This document shows positions 1 through 8,923 of a DNA stretch of 64,000 nt, one piece after another. Within the stretch, counting starts at the first letter, position 1; each line of letters starts with the position of its first letter. Both the position numbers and the translations under genes were made by a program. The notes below the pieces were generated by a model that searched no databases, was not told the DNA's origin, and saw only the letters and a program-made list of their open reading frames with translations. This DNA comes from an uncultured Ignavibacteria bacterium (lineage in GTDB: Bacteria; Zixibacteria; MSB-5A5; JAABVY01; JAHJOQ01), in the NCBI GenBank assembly GCA_964415885.1, contig CAYQCE010000006.1:18467-82466 (forward strand), given 5' to 3'.

Positions 1-222
1 AAATCCGCATGGCAGATATCGAACATCTGCTCGATATCCGTCTGGATCGATCCATATTTTGAGCGGCGTACACGGCCCCATAGGGTGAGCTTATGAAGAT
101 ACCCCTTGGAGTCTCACCGTCCATCCCTCATAATAGAAACGACCGATATGGCTGTGTACATTTGAGTCCCCGTTTGAGCTTTTGTAAAAAAATGTTTAGC
201 AACCGCTTTTTCTTCGGATGAG

Positions 223-711
223 GTGACAATGAGAATTCAACAGATAGGTACAATCCATACTCCATTCAAAGAGCAGAAAGGTACGCCGATTCAACCGAAG
301 ATGGGAAAGGACATCGCGGGCACGATTGGAATATTCGATGAATTCGTCCCGGCATTGAGAGACCTCGACGGGTTCTCACACATCATCCTCCTCTTCTATC
401 TGCACAAGTCGGAGGGATTCAACCTCGAAGTTGTGCCTTATATGGATGACAAGAAACGTGGCCTCTTTGCTACTCGCGCACCTCGGAGGCCATCGCCTAT
501 CGGTCTCTCGATCGTGCGACTCGTGAAGGTGGATGGAAACCTGTTGCACATTAAAGACGTTGATATTCTTGACGGCACGCCGTTGCTCGATATCAAGCCG
601 TACGTTCCGGCATTCGACGAGCCACAGGAGATTCGAACCGGCTGGCTGGAAAAACGAGCACATAAGGCGAGTGACAAGAAGGCCGACGACAGATTCGATA
701 AATCGGATTGA
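223..711 (+). CDS. trmO: tRNA (adenine37-N6)-methyltransferase TrmO/TsaA (YaeB family)
   Basis: 162-aa ORF with YaeB/TsaA-family hallmarks, including the conserved RPSPIGLS segment and the DG..LLDIKPY C-terminal strand. Confidence 0.7.
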   Translation: MTMRIQQIGTIHTPFKEQKGTPIQPKMGKDIAGTIGIFDEFVPALRDLDGFSHIILLFYLHKSEGFNLEVVPYMDDKKRGLFATRAPRRPSPIGLSIVRLVKVDGNLLHIKDVDILDGTPLLDIKPYVPAFDEPQEIRTGWLEKRAHKASDKKADDRFDKSD

Positions 712-817
712 GCATGCTCCTGAGACGGTCGAGAGGTTTGACAATGCGAGCATTTTATGCATTATTAGGTGCAGCAGCGAAAGACGAACAGGTTTATTTT
801 ACATAACTGGAGGCAGA

Positions 818-1312
818 ATGGCGGAAGATTTTACGTTGCGCGAGAGCATTCAGCTCGCGGTCACGACCGAGCAGCTTGGTGCCGAATACTACGAGAAGAT
901 GGCACGCAGATTCAGCGATGAGAAAGAGATAGTCGGCATCTTCAATCAGCTCGCGAAGGACGAGAAGGTTCACGAACAGCAGTTCAAGGCAATCCTCGGT
1001 GATGTTCCGAAGGAGGAGGATCGTCCGAAGCGGTACGAGCTGGAGCAGTTCCTGAGGGCTACTGCGATATCCGAATTTTTCCAGAAAGACTACTTCAAGA
1101 ATCTGGAGGGGATAGACGAGACCCGTGATGCTCTCTCGAGAGCTCTTAATTTCGAGAAGGCTACCCTTCAGTACTATCAGGCGATCGCGGATGTACTCGG
1201 CGAGAATGAGCAGTTGAAGGCAATAATCGACGCCGAGAGAAATCATGTAATCTCGCTGGTGAAGATTATCCCGACCGACGCCGTGTTTCGCGGCTTGAGT
1301 GATCGATTTTAG
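818..1312 (+). CDS. ferritin-like / rubrerythrin-family diiron-type protein
   Basis: ATG at 818 is preceded by GGAGG (809-813). The ~164-aa product is all-helical with paired Glu/His-containing helices (EYYEKMARRF, EKVHEQQF, NFEKATLQYYQ, ERNHVISL). The N-terminal extension in track ORF 533.. has no coding support. Confidence 0.55.
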   Translation: MAEDFTLRESIQLAVTTEQLGAEYYEKMARRFSDEKEIVGIFNQLAKDEKVHEQQFKAILGDVPKEEDRPKRYELEQFLRATAISEFFQKDYFKNLEGIDETRDALSRALNFEKATLQYYQAIADVLGENEQLKAIIDAERNHVISLVKIIPTDAVFRGLSDRF

Positions 1313-1342
1313 AGCAGAACGCATGAATCTGAGAATTAAACG

Positions 1343-1376
1343 GCCGTCGGGTTAGCAAACCCGGCGGCTTCTTTCG
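1343..1376 (+). terminator. rho-independent terminator after the rubrerythrin-like gene
   Basis: An 11-bp GC-rich stem (GCCGTCGGGTT/AACCCGGCGGC, one G-U pair) with loop AGCA is followed by TTCTTTCG. Confidence 0.5.
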
Positions 1377-1440
1377 TATGTACTATAGAAGGAGATAAAC
1401 CAGACAAATTTGGAACTCTTTAGCTTTTAACACTTTGTGC

Positions 1441-1469
1441 TTGACAACTACTCGGCAGATTGTTAAAGT
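1441..1469 (+). promoter_or_regulatory. candidate sigma70-type promoter for the repeat-protein gene
   Basis: TTGACA (1441-1446), a 17-nt spacer and TAAAGT (1464-1469) lie about 60 nt upstream of the 1529 start. Confidence 0.35.
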
Positions 1470-1528
1470 ATTCACAATCTGGAATGGGCGTTCATTTCAG
1501 TGTTTTGCGGGTGCAGGAGATTAGGTGA

Positions 1529-2794
1529 ATGGACAACTCTGAGAAGTTCGACTGGACTCCCGGAAAAAGAGAAATTGTCAATATTGCCGATATAAGAGGG
1601 CGATTCCCGCAGGTTCACGAATTTACTGCGAGCCTCGACGGCGAGCGAATAGCCGCGCCGGTCAAGACCGAGGATAACCAGTTTTCGGCTTGCGTCAATG
1701 GCGAATTGTGGCCGGATCCGGTCGAGCTGCTCTGGTATCTAAGGTATCTCGACGACGGCCGACTTATCGGGCTCGCGCGGATCGATGACATGTGGACCCT
1801 CATCGTTGATGGCAAACCGTGGGAACAGCGTTTCGAGTATGCGTGGCAACCGAAGGTTGCCTCCGGCAGCGGCAAGATCGGCCTCAAATACAAGCAGAAC
1901 ATGGAATACGGCGTCGCGGTGGATGACGAGCCGTGGGACAAGTCATACGTCGCAATCCGCGATTTCTGCATAAGCCCCGACGGCTCGAAGAGCGCTGCAA
2001 CGGTCCAGATAGAATCGTTAAAGGAAGCCGATATCTTCCATTTCTTCGAGGGTGTGTGGTCGGTTGCGGTCAATGGCGAACCGTGGGACAAGAAGTTCGT
2101 CAACTGCTGGAATCCGAGCTTCAGCCCCGACAATTTGAGACTCGCCACCGAGATACGCACCAATATCGCAGAGTATTCCGTCGCGGTGGACGGAAGCACA
2201 TGGGATAGCAAGTTTGGCTGCGTATGGGCGCCGTCGTTCAGACCCGGCAAAAACTCGGTTGTCGCGCCGGTCAGGACCGAAGGCAAGTGGACTCTCGCCG
2301 AAGACGGCAAGCCGATATGGGACAGACGGTTCATCCAGCTCTGGAATCACAGATTCAGCATGGATGGGAAACGAATCGCCGCCAATGCTGCGCCGGAGTA
2401 CGGCAAGTGGACTATTGTCGTGGACGGGGAGCCGTGGCCGGTACGTTTCGCGGAGATGGTCTTAGCTCCCGTTGTTTCGTTTGATGGTTCCAAAGTCGCA
2501 GCGGTCGTCAAACAGGATGATCGCTGGTCGATCTGTGTCGATGGCAAGACATGGAAGAAAAATTTCGCAATGATCTGGGACCCGGTCTTCACGCCAGACT
2601 CCGCCCACATTCTCGCGATGGCTGAGCAGGACGGGAAGTACGACATCGCCGTTGATGGCGAGACAATCGGTATCAATGCCGAACAGATGTGGGAACCGGT
2701 AGTAAAATCGGATGGCGAATTGGTGCTGCTGCGATACGTTATCGACGGCAAGTACATAAGGGATGTAAGATATCTTAGCGAATTGGTGAGGTAG
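1529..2794 (+). CDS. tandem-repeat (beta-propeller-like) protein with about nine 46-aa repeats
   Basis: 421 aa with no signal peptide. Recurrent units of the form fSPDG..A..V.......W.i.VDG.PWdk.F...W.P are visible (e.g. NGEPWDKKF, DGSTWDSKF, DGKPIWDRRF, DGEPWPVRF, DGKTWKKNF). Confidence 0.55.
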   Translation: MDNSEKFDWTPGKREIVNIADIRGRFPQVHEFTASLDGERIAAPVKTEDNQFSACVNGELWPDPVELLWYLRYLDDGRLIGLARIDDMWTLIVDGKPWEQRFEYAWQPKVASGSGKIGLKYKQNMEYGVAVDDEPWDKSYVAIRDFCISPDGSKSAATVQIESLKEADIFHFFEGVWSVAVNGEPWDKKFVNCWNPSFSPDNLRLATEIRTNIAEYSVAVDGSTWDSKFGCVWAPSFRPGKNSVVAPVRTEGKWTLAEDGKPIWDRRFIQLWNHRFSMDGKRIAANAAPEYGKWTIVVDGEPWPVRFAEMVLAPVVSFDGSKVAAVVKQDDRWSICVDGKTWKKNFAMIWDPVFTPDSAHILAMAEQDGKYDIAVDGETIGINAEQMWEPVVKSDGELVLLRYVIDGKYIRDVRYLSELVR

Positions 2795-2796
2795 AA

Positions 2797-3444
2797 GTGT
2801 ACGAATTCGTAAGAGGACCGCTGGTCTGGGCGGCGTTCATTATCTTCATCGGTGGGGTGATCTACCGAATTGTCCACATGATGACACTCGCCCGCGAAGA
2901 CAAGGTCATACACCCGTACATTAGCTTCAGATTTGGCCTGAGATCGATTCTGCACTGGCTGACGCCATATGCCACGGTCAATATGCGCATGCGACCGGCA
3001 TTCACCGCGATTTCATTCATCTTCCACGTCTGTCTGCTTATCACTCCGATATTCGCGCTCGGCCATGTAATGTCGTTCAAGGAATCATGGGGCATATCCT
3101 GGCCGGCGTTTCCAGATCCATTCACGAATGCGCTTACGATCGTGGTTGTCCTGACCGGCATAGTATTTCTCCTCCGGCGATTGGGCGACCCCGGCGTGCG
3201 GTTTGTCACGAACTGGAAAGATTTCACGCTTCTGGCCATAGTGCTGATGCCATACATCACGGGAATAATCTGCTACTACCAGATTATGGAGTACACGACC
3301 GCAATAACCGTGCATATAGCCTCGGGTGCGCTCTGGCTGATGATTATCCCGTTTACGCGGGTAGCGCACATGATCTTCTTCCCATTGACTCGAATATACA
3401 TGGGAAGCGAATTCGGATTCGTCAGGAATTCGAAAGACTGGTAA
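2797..3444 (+). CDS. hmcE: HmcE-like membrane b-type cytochrome (NarI/DsrM-like subunit)
   Basis: GTG start follows a GGTGAGG SD. The 215-aa product has 5-6 TM helices with conserved His residues (HMM, HVCLL, HMIFF) typical of NarI-like dihaem cytochrome b. It is immediately followed by an HdrD-like gene. Confidence 0.6.
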   Translation: MYEFVRGPLVWAAFIIFIGGVIYRIVHMMTLAREDKVIHPYISFRFGLRSILHWLTPYATVNMRMRPAFTAISFIFHVCLLITPIFALGHVMSFKESWGISWPAFPDPFTNALTIVVVLTGIVFLLRRLGDPGVRFVTNWKDFTLLAIVLMPYITGIICYYQIMEYTTAITVHIASGALWLMIIPFTRVAHMIFFPLTRIYMGSEFGFVRNSKDW

Positions 3445-3481
3445 ATCGGCCTCTGACAGAGGCATTGGAGGATAGAGCGGG

Positions 3482-4819
3482 ATGCTGCAAGAACTTCCGG
3501 AAAAACAAGTCAAAGACGCCGGAATTGATGAAGGGATAAAGAAGCTAACACCTGAGAAGATCGCGGCTGTTGTCAATCGGGTGATGGACAAAGAGACTGC
3601 CGCGCGTATGAAGATATATCTCGATACCTGCGTGCATTGCGGCCTCTGCAACGAAGCGTGCCACACCTATATTTCACGCGGCAAGGACCCGCGCTTCTCC
3701 CCTGTCGGCAAGGTCAAGCAGACGATCTGGGAGATCCTGAAGCACAAGGGCAAAATCGAGCCGGAGAAGCTTCGCGATATGGCACGGATAGCGTTCACCG
3801 AATGCAATGTCTGCAGACGCTGCTCGATGTACTGCCCGTTCGGTATCGACATAGCGTATCTTCTCCTCACAATGCGTCGAATCTGCAATCTGCTCGGCGT
3901 CGTTCCGCAGTATCTTCAGGACACGACAAACAGCCATGCCGCCACTCTCAACCAGATGTGGGTCAACCAGGATGAATGGATTGACACACTCCAGTGGCAG
4001 GAAGAGGAGAACCAGCTCGAGATGCCGGATCTTCGCATTCCCCTCGAGAAAGAGGGCGCGGAGGTAATGTACTCGGTGATCGCGCCGGAGCCCAAAATCC
4101 TGGCGCAGTTGATCGGATATATGGCGCAGATTTTCACCGTGGCTGGAGTCGACTGGACAATGCCCGCCACTGACGGCTGGGATAACTCGAATATGGCGAT
4201 GTATTCCGGCGACTTCGAGGTCATGGGGCGTGTTGAGCGCCTGCATTGGGAAACGGCCGCACGGTTGAAAGTCAAGAAGATCGTGATGGGCGAATGCGGA
4301 CACGCATTCCGTGGCGCTGTTTATGACGGTCCCCGCTGGCTCGGATGGAAATTCCCGCCGATCAAAATGGTCCATGCGATTGAGTTCTACTATGACCTCA
4401 TCAAGAGCGGGCGAATTAAGATCAGAGAGAAATACAAAGAGCACGTTACGATTCAGGATCCGTGCAACACGGTGCGAGGGCTCGGTCTGGGACAAAAGCT
4501 AAGGTATGTCGTAAATGCGACATGCGAGAATTTCACGGATGTCACCCCCCGTTTCGAGCACAATTACTGTTGCATGGCAGGCGGCGGGACAATCAACTGC
4601 GGACCGCCATGGAAGAGATCGCGAATGGTCTCGAATAAGGTCAAGGCCGAGCAATTCAAACGAACGGGCGCAGATATTATCATAACGCCCTGCCACAACT
4701 GCCATTCGGGAATCGAAGATATCGTCGGCTTCTACAACCTCGGGATGCATGTCAAGTTCATAAACGAGATTCTCGTTGAAGTGATGGAAATCCCGGAGCA
4801 TCTGAAGCCAGCATCATAA
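3482..4819 (+). CDS. hmcF: HmcF-like cytoplasmic Fe-S protein (HdrD/DsrK/GlpC-like, CCG domains)
   Basis: 445 aa with two ferredoxin-type CxxCxxCxxxCP motifs (CVHCGLCNEACH, CNVCRRCSMYCPFG) and two CCG-type Cys-rich domains (CCMAGGGT, PCHNCH). Confidence 0.7.
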   Translation: MLQELPEKQVKDAGIDEGIKKLTPEKIAAVVNRVMDKETAARMKIYLDTCVHCGLCNEACHTYISRGKDPRFSPVGKVKQTIWEILKHKGKIEPEKLRDMARIAFTECNVCRRCSMYCPFGIDIAYLLLTMRRICNLLGVVPQYLQDTTNSHAATLNQMWVNQDEWIDTLQWQEEENQLEMPDLRIPLEKEGAEVMYSVIAPEPKILAQLIGYMAQIFTVAGVDWTMPATDGWDNSNMAMYSGDFEVMGRVERLHWETAARLKVKKIVMGECGHAFRGAVYDGPRWLGWKFPPIKMVHAIEFYYDLIKSGRIKIREKYKEHVTIQDPCNTVRGLGLGQKLRYVVNATCENFTDVTPRFEHNYCCMAGGGTINCGPPWKRSRMVSNKVKAEQFKRTGADIIITPCHNCHSGIEDIVGFYNLGMHVKFINEILVEVMEIPEHLKPAS

Positions 4820-4832
4820 GGTACGACCGGAT

Positions 4833-6377
4833 ATGACGAGAACGATAGCAAGGACAGCAGCGGGATATGGGATTCTTCTTGGAGTCCTCATTATAGCATC
4901 CGGCTTCCTGACCGCATGCGGTGAGACGCAGGCGAATACCCCTGAGTATAGACCGGACGCGATTTCGATCGACGCCATGTCTGTGTTCGGACCGCTCGAC
5001 AGAGCACCGGTACCGTTCGGACACGACAAACACACGAAAGCGCTCGAGCCGGAGGGTAAGGACTGCGGGTACTGCCATCCCAAACGGGATGACGGCACAC
5101 TGTCGCTGAAGTTCATGCGGGTCGAAAATACGAATTACGATGAAGTGATGAGTTTATATCATGACAACTGCATCGACTGTCACAAGGAGATGGAAGAGAG
5201 CTTGAAGAAGCAGCTTCCGATCACCTGCGGCGAGTGTCATCAGCGAGACCCGAAGTTCGTTTCGAACGCTGTTCCGATGCAGATGGATAAGTCGCTTCAT
5301 TATCGGCATATTGCAGCGGTAAACGACAGTTGCAGCCAATGTCATCACGAATATGACGAGGTTGGTGACAGCCTGTATTACGTCAAAAATGAGGAGAGAT
5401 CGTGCCGAGACTGCCATCTCGATGCCACGGTCGATAATCGAATCTCGTTTCGTCTCGCCGCACACGAACAGTGCATTTCCTGCCACCGCGATCGCGACAA
5501 GGGATTCGTGATGTGCGGCGGATGTCACGATCCGGCGACACGGGCTGAGATCGAAGTGGTCGACGACCCGCCGAGACTCGATATCGGACAGGATGAGTTC
5601 ATGCTGGTTGCGGCAGCGGAAAGCGAACGTAACCAGACCAAGCTCGGTTCGGTACCGTTCTCGCACATCGGACACGAGCAGTCCCATGACAACTGCCGCG
5701 TTTGCCATCATGTCCGGATGGATCCGTGCACAGAGTGCCACACTCTCGATGGCGGCGAGAAATCCGGCGGAGTTCGTTTGCAGCGCGCGATGCACGACAT
5801 GAACTCCGAGCATTCCTGCGTGGGATGTCACGAACAGCAGAAGGAGAATCCGGAATGCGCATCGTGCCATTTCATGATCGAGAAAGGCTCCCTCTCGGAG
5901 CATGCATGCGAGATATGTCATTCCGGGCCGAAACCGAATATGCTCGCGCAGGTTGGGGATCGATACAACTCGATCGACCAGTTTACTCCGAAGCCGTCCG
6001 AGATGAAACTGACATTTTCTGAGGCTCAGATTCCCGATACAGTCACTATCAGCATACTCTCGGATCAATACTATCCGGCGAAATTCCCCCACAGACAGAT
6101 TGTGTACAATCTGCTGGGGCATATAAATGACAATAAGGTTGCGAAGTACTTCCACGGCCACGAAGATCTGGTGTGCCAGGGTTGCCACCATCACAGTCCG
6201 GTCGGCGTGGAGCCGCCGCTTTGCGAGAGCTGTCACGGCGAGCCGTTCGACGATTCGAAGCTGTTTACGCCGGGGCTCTTCGGAGCCTATCACCGGCAGT
6301 GTATCGGGTGTCATGAAAAGATGGCGATTAGCAAGGCAACCGATTGTGAGAAATGCCATAAGAAGCGAGATATATAG
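4833..6377 (+). CDS. hmcA: 16-haem high-molecular-weight cytochrome c (HmcA), lipoprotein
   Basis: 514 aa with a lipobox (LTACG). I counted 16 CxxCH haem-binding motifs, from CGYCH through CEKCH. Confidence 0.85.
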   Translation: MTRTIARTAAGYGILLGVLIIASGFLTACGETQANTPEYRPDAISIDAMSVFGPLDRAPVPFGHDKHTKALEPEGKDCGYCHPKRDDGTLSLKFMRVENTNYDEVMSLYHDNCIDCHKEMEESLKKQLPITCGECHQRDPKFVSNAVPMQMDKSLHYRHIAAVNDSCSQCHHEYDEVGDSLYYVKNEERSCRDCHLDATVDNRISFRLAAHEQCISCHRDRDKGFVMCGGCHDPATRAEIEVVDDPPRLDIGQDEFMLVAAAESERNQTKLGSVPFSHIGHEQSHDNCRVCHHVRMDPCTECHTLDGGEKSGGVRLQRAMHDMNSEHSCVGCHEQQKENPECASCHFMIEKGSLSEHACEICHSGPKPNMLAQVGDRYNSIDQFTPKPSEMKLTFSEAQIPDTVTISILSDQYYPAKFPHRQIVYNLLGHINDNKVAKYFHGHEDLVCQGCHHHSPVGVEPPLCESCHGEPFDDSKLFTPGLFGAYHRQCIGCHEKMAISKATDCEKCHKKRDI

Positions 6378-6426
6378 TTGCAATCGAAAGCAACTTGCGC
6401 ATAGAGTTCGAAAGGTTGTGATATAG

Positions 6427-7491
6427 ATGAGCGTGTCTCGCAGGAGATTCCTTCAGGTGCTCGCTGCCGCATCCGCGGGAGCGGCAACAACAAAAACGGG
6501 TCAGGCCGCGCACGGCGTCTTTTCGGGATATCCCGAGAGCTACGGCGTCCTGCACGACACCACCCTGTGCATCGGCTGCAGATCGTGCGAGCAGGCCTGC
6601 AACGAGGTCAATGACCTCCCTGAGCAGGACAAGCCGTTCGATGATCTTTCGGTCCTTGAAGAGAAGCGCCGCACCGATGCGACCCGATATACTGTTGTTA
6701 ACAGATACAAGACATCGGACACGGATCGCCCGATTGTCAATCGCAAGAACCAGTGCAATCACTGTCTTGAGCCGGCGTGTGCGTCATCCTGCTTCGTCGG
6801 CGCATTCACGAAGACAGCGCAGGGTTCGGTGATCTACGATGAGAGCGTCTGCGTAGGCTGCAGGTATTGCCTGATAGCGTGCCCGTTCGACATCCCGACT
6901 TTTGAATACGATGATGCCACCTCGCCAAGGGTTCAGAAGTGCACGCTCTGTCATCCGCGTCTTCTCGAAGGCAAACTCCCGGGATGCGTGGAAGCCTGCC
7001 CGATGGAGGCATTGACATTCGGCAAACGTATCGATCTGATTACCATTGCTCGCGAGCGAATCCGGAAGTACCCGGAGCGCTATGTGGATCACATTTACGG
7101 CGAGTATGAGATGGGCGGCACGAGCTGGCTCTATATCACAAGCGCAGATGACATCAACGAGATCGGCCTGAGGGACGATCTCGGCAGGACACCTGCTCCG
7201 GAATTCACTTCCGGCGCGCTCTTGATGGTCCCGATTGCGATCGGAATCTGGCCGGTGCTCCTCGGTGGAATTCACAAGATAAGTGAGCGCAAGGCGAAGA
7301 TGGCCGAACAGGAGAAGAAGGAAGCCGTTGCCAATGCTGTCTCCGAGACCGAAGAGGCGGCACAAGAAAAACTTTCCAAGCGCGAACAGGCGCTCGCTGA
7401 GCAGCGAGAGAAGGCTGTCAAGTCAGCCGTTGACAAGGCGCTCAAGGAGGCCGGGGTCGAGAAAAAGGATGACGGGGAGGAGTCGAAATGA
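6427..7491 (+). CDS. hmcB: HmcB-like Tat-exported 4Fe-4S ferredoxin subunit (NrfC/DmsB family) with C-terminal TM anchor
   Basis: Twin-arginine signal ([17 protein letters not shown]) and four Cys clusters ([42 protein letters not shown]...CVEACP). A TM helix sits near the C-terminus, followed by a charged tail. Confidence 0.8.
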   Translation: MSVSRRRFLQVLAAASAGAATTKTGQAAHGVFSGYPESYGVLHDTTLCIGCRSCEQACNEVNDLPEQDKPFDDLSVLEEKRRTDATRYTVVNRYKTSDTDRPIVNRKNQCNHCLEPACASSCFVGAFTKTAQGSVIYDESVCVGCRYCLIACPFDIPTFEYDDATSPRVQKCTLCHPRLLEGKLPGCVEACPMEALTFGKRIDLITIARERIRKYPERYVDHIYGEYEMGGTSWLYITSADDINEIGLRDDLGRTPAPEFTSGALLMVPIAIGIWPVLLGGIHKISERKAKMAEQEKKEAVANAVSETEEAAQEKLSKREQALAEQREKAVKSAVDKALKEAGVEKKDDGEESK

Positions 7492-8660
7492 ACGATTATC
7501 CCATGCCTAAGAAGCGGTCGATGTTCGGGCCTTTCAATATCATCGCCGGGATAATAATCCTCGTCGGCCTTTACCTGACCTTTAAGAGATTTACGGGCGG
7601 TCTCGGGGCGGTCTCGAATTTGAACGACAACACGGCCTGGGGCATCTGGATCGGATTCGACCTGCTGACAGGCGTCGCGCTCGCCGCGGGCGGGTATGTC
7701 ACTGCAGCAGCAGTGTACATCTTCGGGAAAAAAGAGTATCATTCAGCGGTCCGACCCGCAGTTCTGACAGGGTTCCTCGGCTACGCTATGGTCGTGTTGG
7801 CTCTTCTGTACGACGTCGGAAGACCGTGGCGTCTCCCCTATCCATTTTTCGTCAGTCAGGGCGTGACATCGATAATGTTCGAGGTAGGTGCGTGTGTTAT
7901 GCTCTACCTCACGGTTCTGTTCATCGAATTCTCACCGGCTGCAATGGAATGGCTCGGGATGAAGAAGGTGCGAAAGGTCGCAGTTGGGCTTACGATGCTC
8001 CTGACGGTCCTCGGAGTCGTTTTATCGACGCTTCACCAGTCATCGCTCGGCGCACTCTTCCTGATCGCGCCGTCCAAGCTCCATCCGCTCTGGTATTCAC
8101 CCTATCTGCCGGTGTTTTTCTTTGTATCCAGTATCGCGGCGGGACTTTCGATGGTGATCGTGGAATCGACGCTCGCGCACCGAAATTTCCACGATTTAAT
8201 GGACAAGCCGCATAACAGGGAACGCGATAAAATCACACTCGGATTCGGGCGTGCGGCATCACTGGTGCTCGCCGGCTATTCATCGATCAAAATTTTTGGT
8301 ATTGCCGCTGACAATAACTGGCATTATCTGCTGACCGACTACGGTTTGTGGTTCCTCGTGGAGCTGCTCGGATTTGTAATGCTGCCGAGCTTCCTGTTTG
8401 CGATGGGAGTTCGTGAGAAGAACTTGAAACTGATCCGTTTCACGGCGTTTCTGACCGTAATTGGAATAATGCTGAATCGCCTGAATGTGGGCCTCATAGC
8501 GTTCAACTACCATCTGCCGGAAGGCACGGGTTACACTCCACATTGGATGGAGATCGGTATCACTCTCTTCGTGATAACAGTCGGATTGGTGATTTACCGA
8601 TTCGTCGTAACGAGAATGCCGATCTTCTACGAGCACCCGGAATACAGGGAAGCTCACTGA
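7488..8660 (+). CDS. hmcC: HmcC-like integral membrane subunit (NrfD/PsrC family)
   Basis: 390 aa with about 10 TM helices. The ATGA start overlaps the hmcB stop, indicating translational coupling. Confidence 0.7.
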   Translation: MNDYPMPKKRSMFGPFNIIAGIIILVGLYLTFKRFTGGLGAVSNLNDNTAWGIWIGFDLLTGVALAAGGYVTAAAVYIFGKKEYHSAVRPAVLTGFLGYAMVVLALLYDVGRPWRLPYPFFVSQGVTSIMFEVGACVMLYLTVLFIEFSPAAMEWLGMKKVRKVAVGLTMLLTVLGVVLSTLHQSSLGALFLIAPSKLHPLWYSPYLPVFFFVSSIAAGLSMVIVESTLAHRNFHDLMDKPHNRERDKITLGFGRAASLVLAGYSSIKIFGIAADNNWHYLLTDYGLWFLVELLGFVMLPSFLFAMGVREKNLKLIRFTAFLTVIGIMLNRLNVGLIAFNYHLPEGTGYTPHWMEIGITLFVITVGLVIYRFVVTRMPIFYEHPEYREAH

Positions 8661-8673
8661 GCGAGGTGATATT

Positions 8674-8817
8674 ATGGAGAGCACGATACATACACTTCAA
8701 GAGTTCATGATTCGAACCAAGGGTATTGTCTACATTCTCGCCATCGGATACCTGATCGGTTTTACAGCCTTCTGGAAATTCCTCTTCGCAAGAGACAAGA
8801 GCGAGGACATCGAGTAG
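8674..8817 (+). CDS. small single-TM protein, HmcD-like (not in ORF track)
   Basis: ATG at 8674 lies 5 nt after GAGGTGA. The 47-aa product (MESTIHTLQEFMIRTKGIVYILAIGYLIGFTAFWKFLFARDKSEDIE) has one hydrophobic helix. The ORF sits between hmcC and the terminator, the same position and size as HmcD in Desulfovibrio. Confidence 0.35.
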   Translation: MESTIHTLQEFMIRTKGIVYILAIGYLIGFTAFWKFLFARDKSEDIE

Positions 8818-8846
8818 ATTATTCAACAGATGAGGGATAAATGAAA

Positions 8847-8876
8847 GGCCCCGCCAATCGGCGGGGCCTTTTCTTT
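8847..8876. terminator. bidirectional rho-independent terminator between convergent hmc operon and peptidase gene
   Basis: GGCCCCGCC-AATC-GGCGGGGCC forms a 9-bp GC stem. It is flanked by TTTTCTTT on the + strand and by TTTCATTT on the - strand (preceded by AAAG). Confidence 0.65.
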
Positions 8877-8923
8877 ATCGAGTCAGAGCCTGTTCTTATC
8901 TTATTCAGGCACGTTTGTTGACT

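Noticed and set aside
1-222. Possible 3' end of a minus-strand gene at the window edge
   Set aside because: Only about 40 codons are open before stops in every frame. That is too short to call, and no recognisable sequence is present.
533-817. Long N-terminal extension of the rubrerythrin-like ORF (METCCTLKTLIF...)
   Set aside because: It is Arg/Ser/Thr-rich non-coding-like sequence with no RBS. An ATG with GGAGG at 818 gives a complete ferritin-like domain.
3674-4495. 273-aa ORF antisense to hmcF
   Set aside because: It is a shadow of the HdrD-like gene, whose Cys-motif architecture is unambiguous.
5154-6383. 409-aa ORF antisense to hmcA
   Set aside because: The sense strand encodes a protein with 16 regularly spaced CxxCH motifs and a lipobox. 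The antisense ORF has no features and is a shadow ORF in GC-rich coding DNA.
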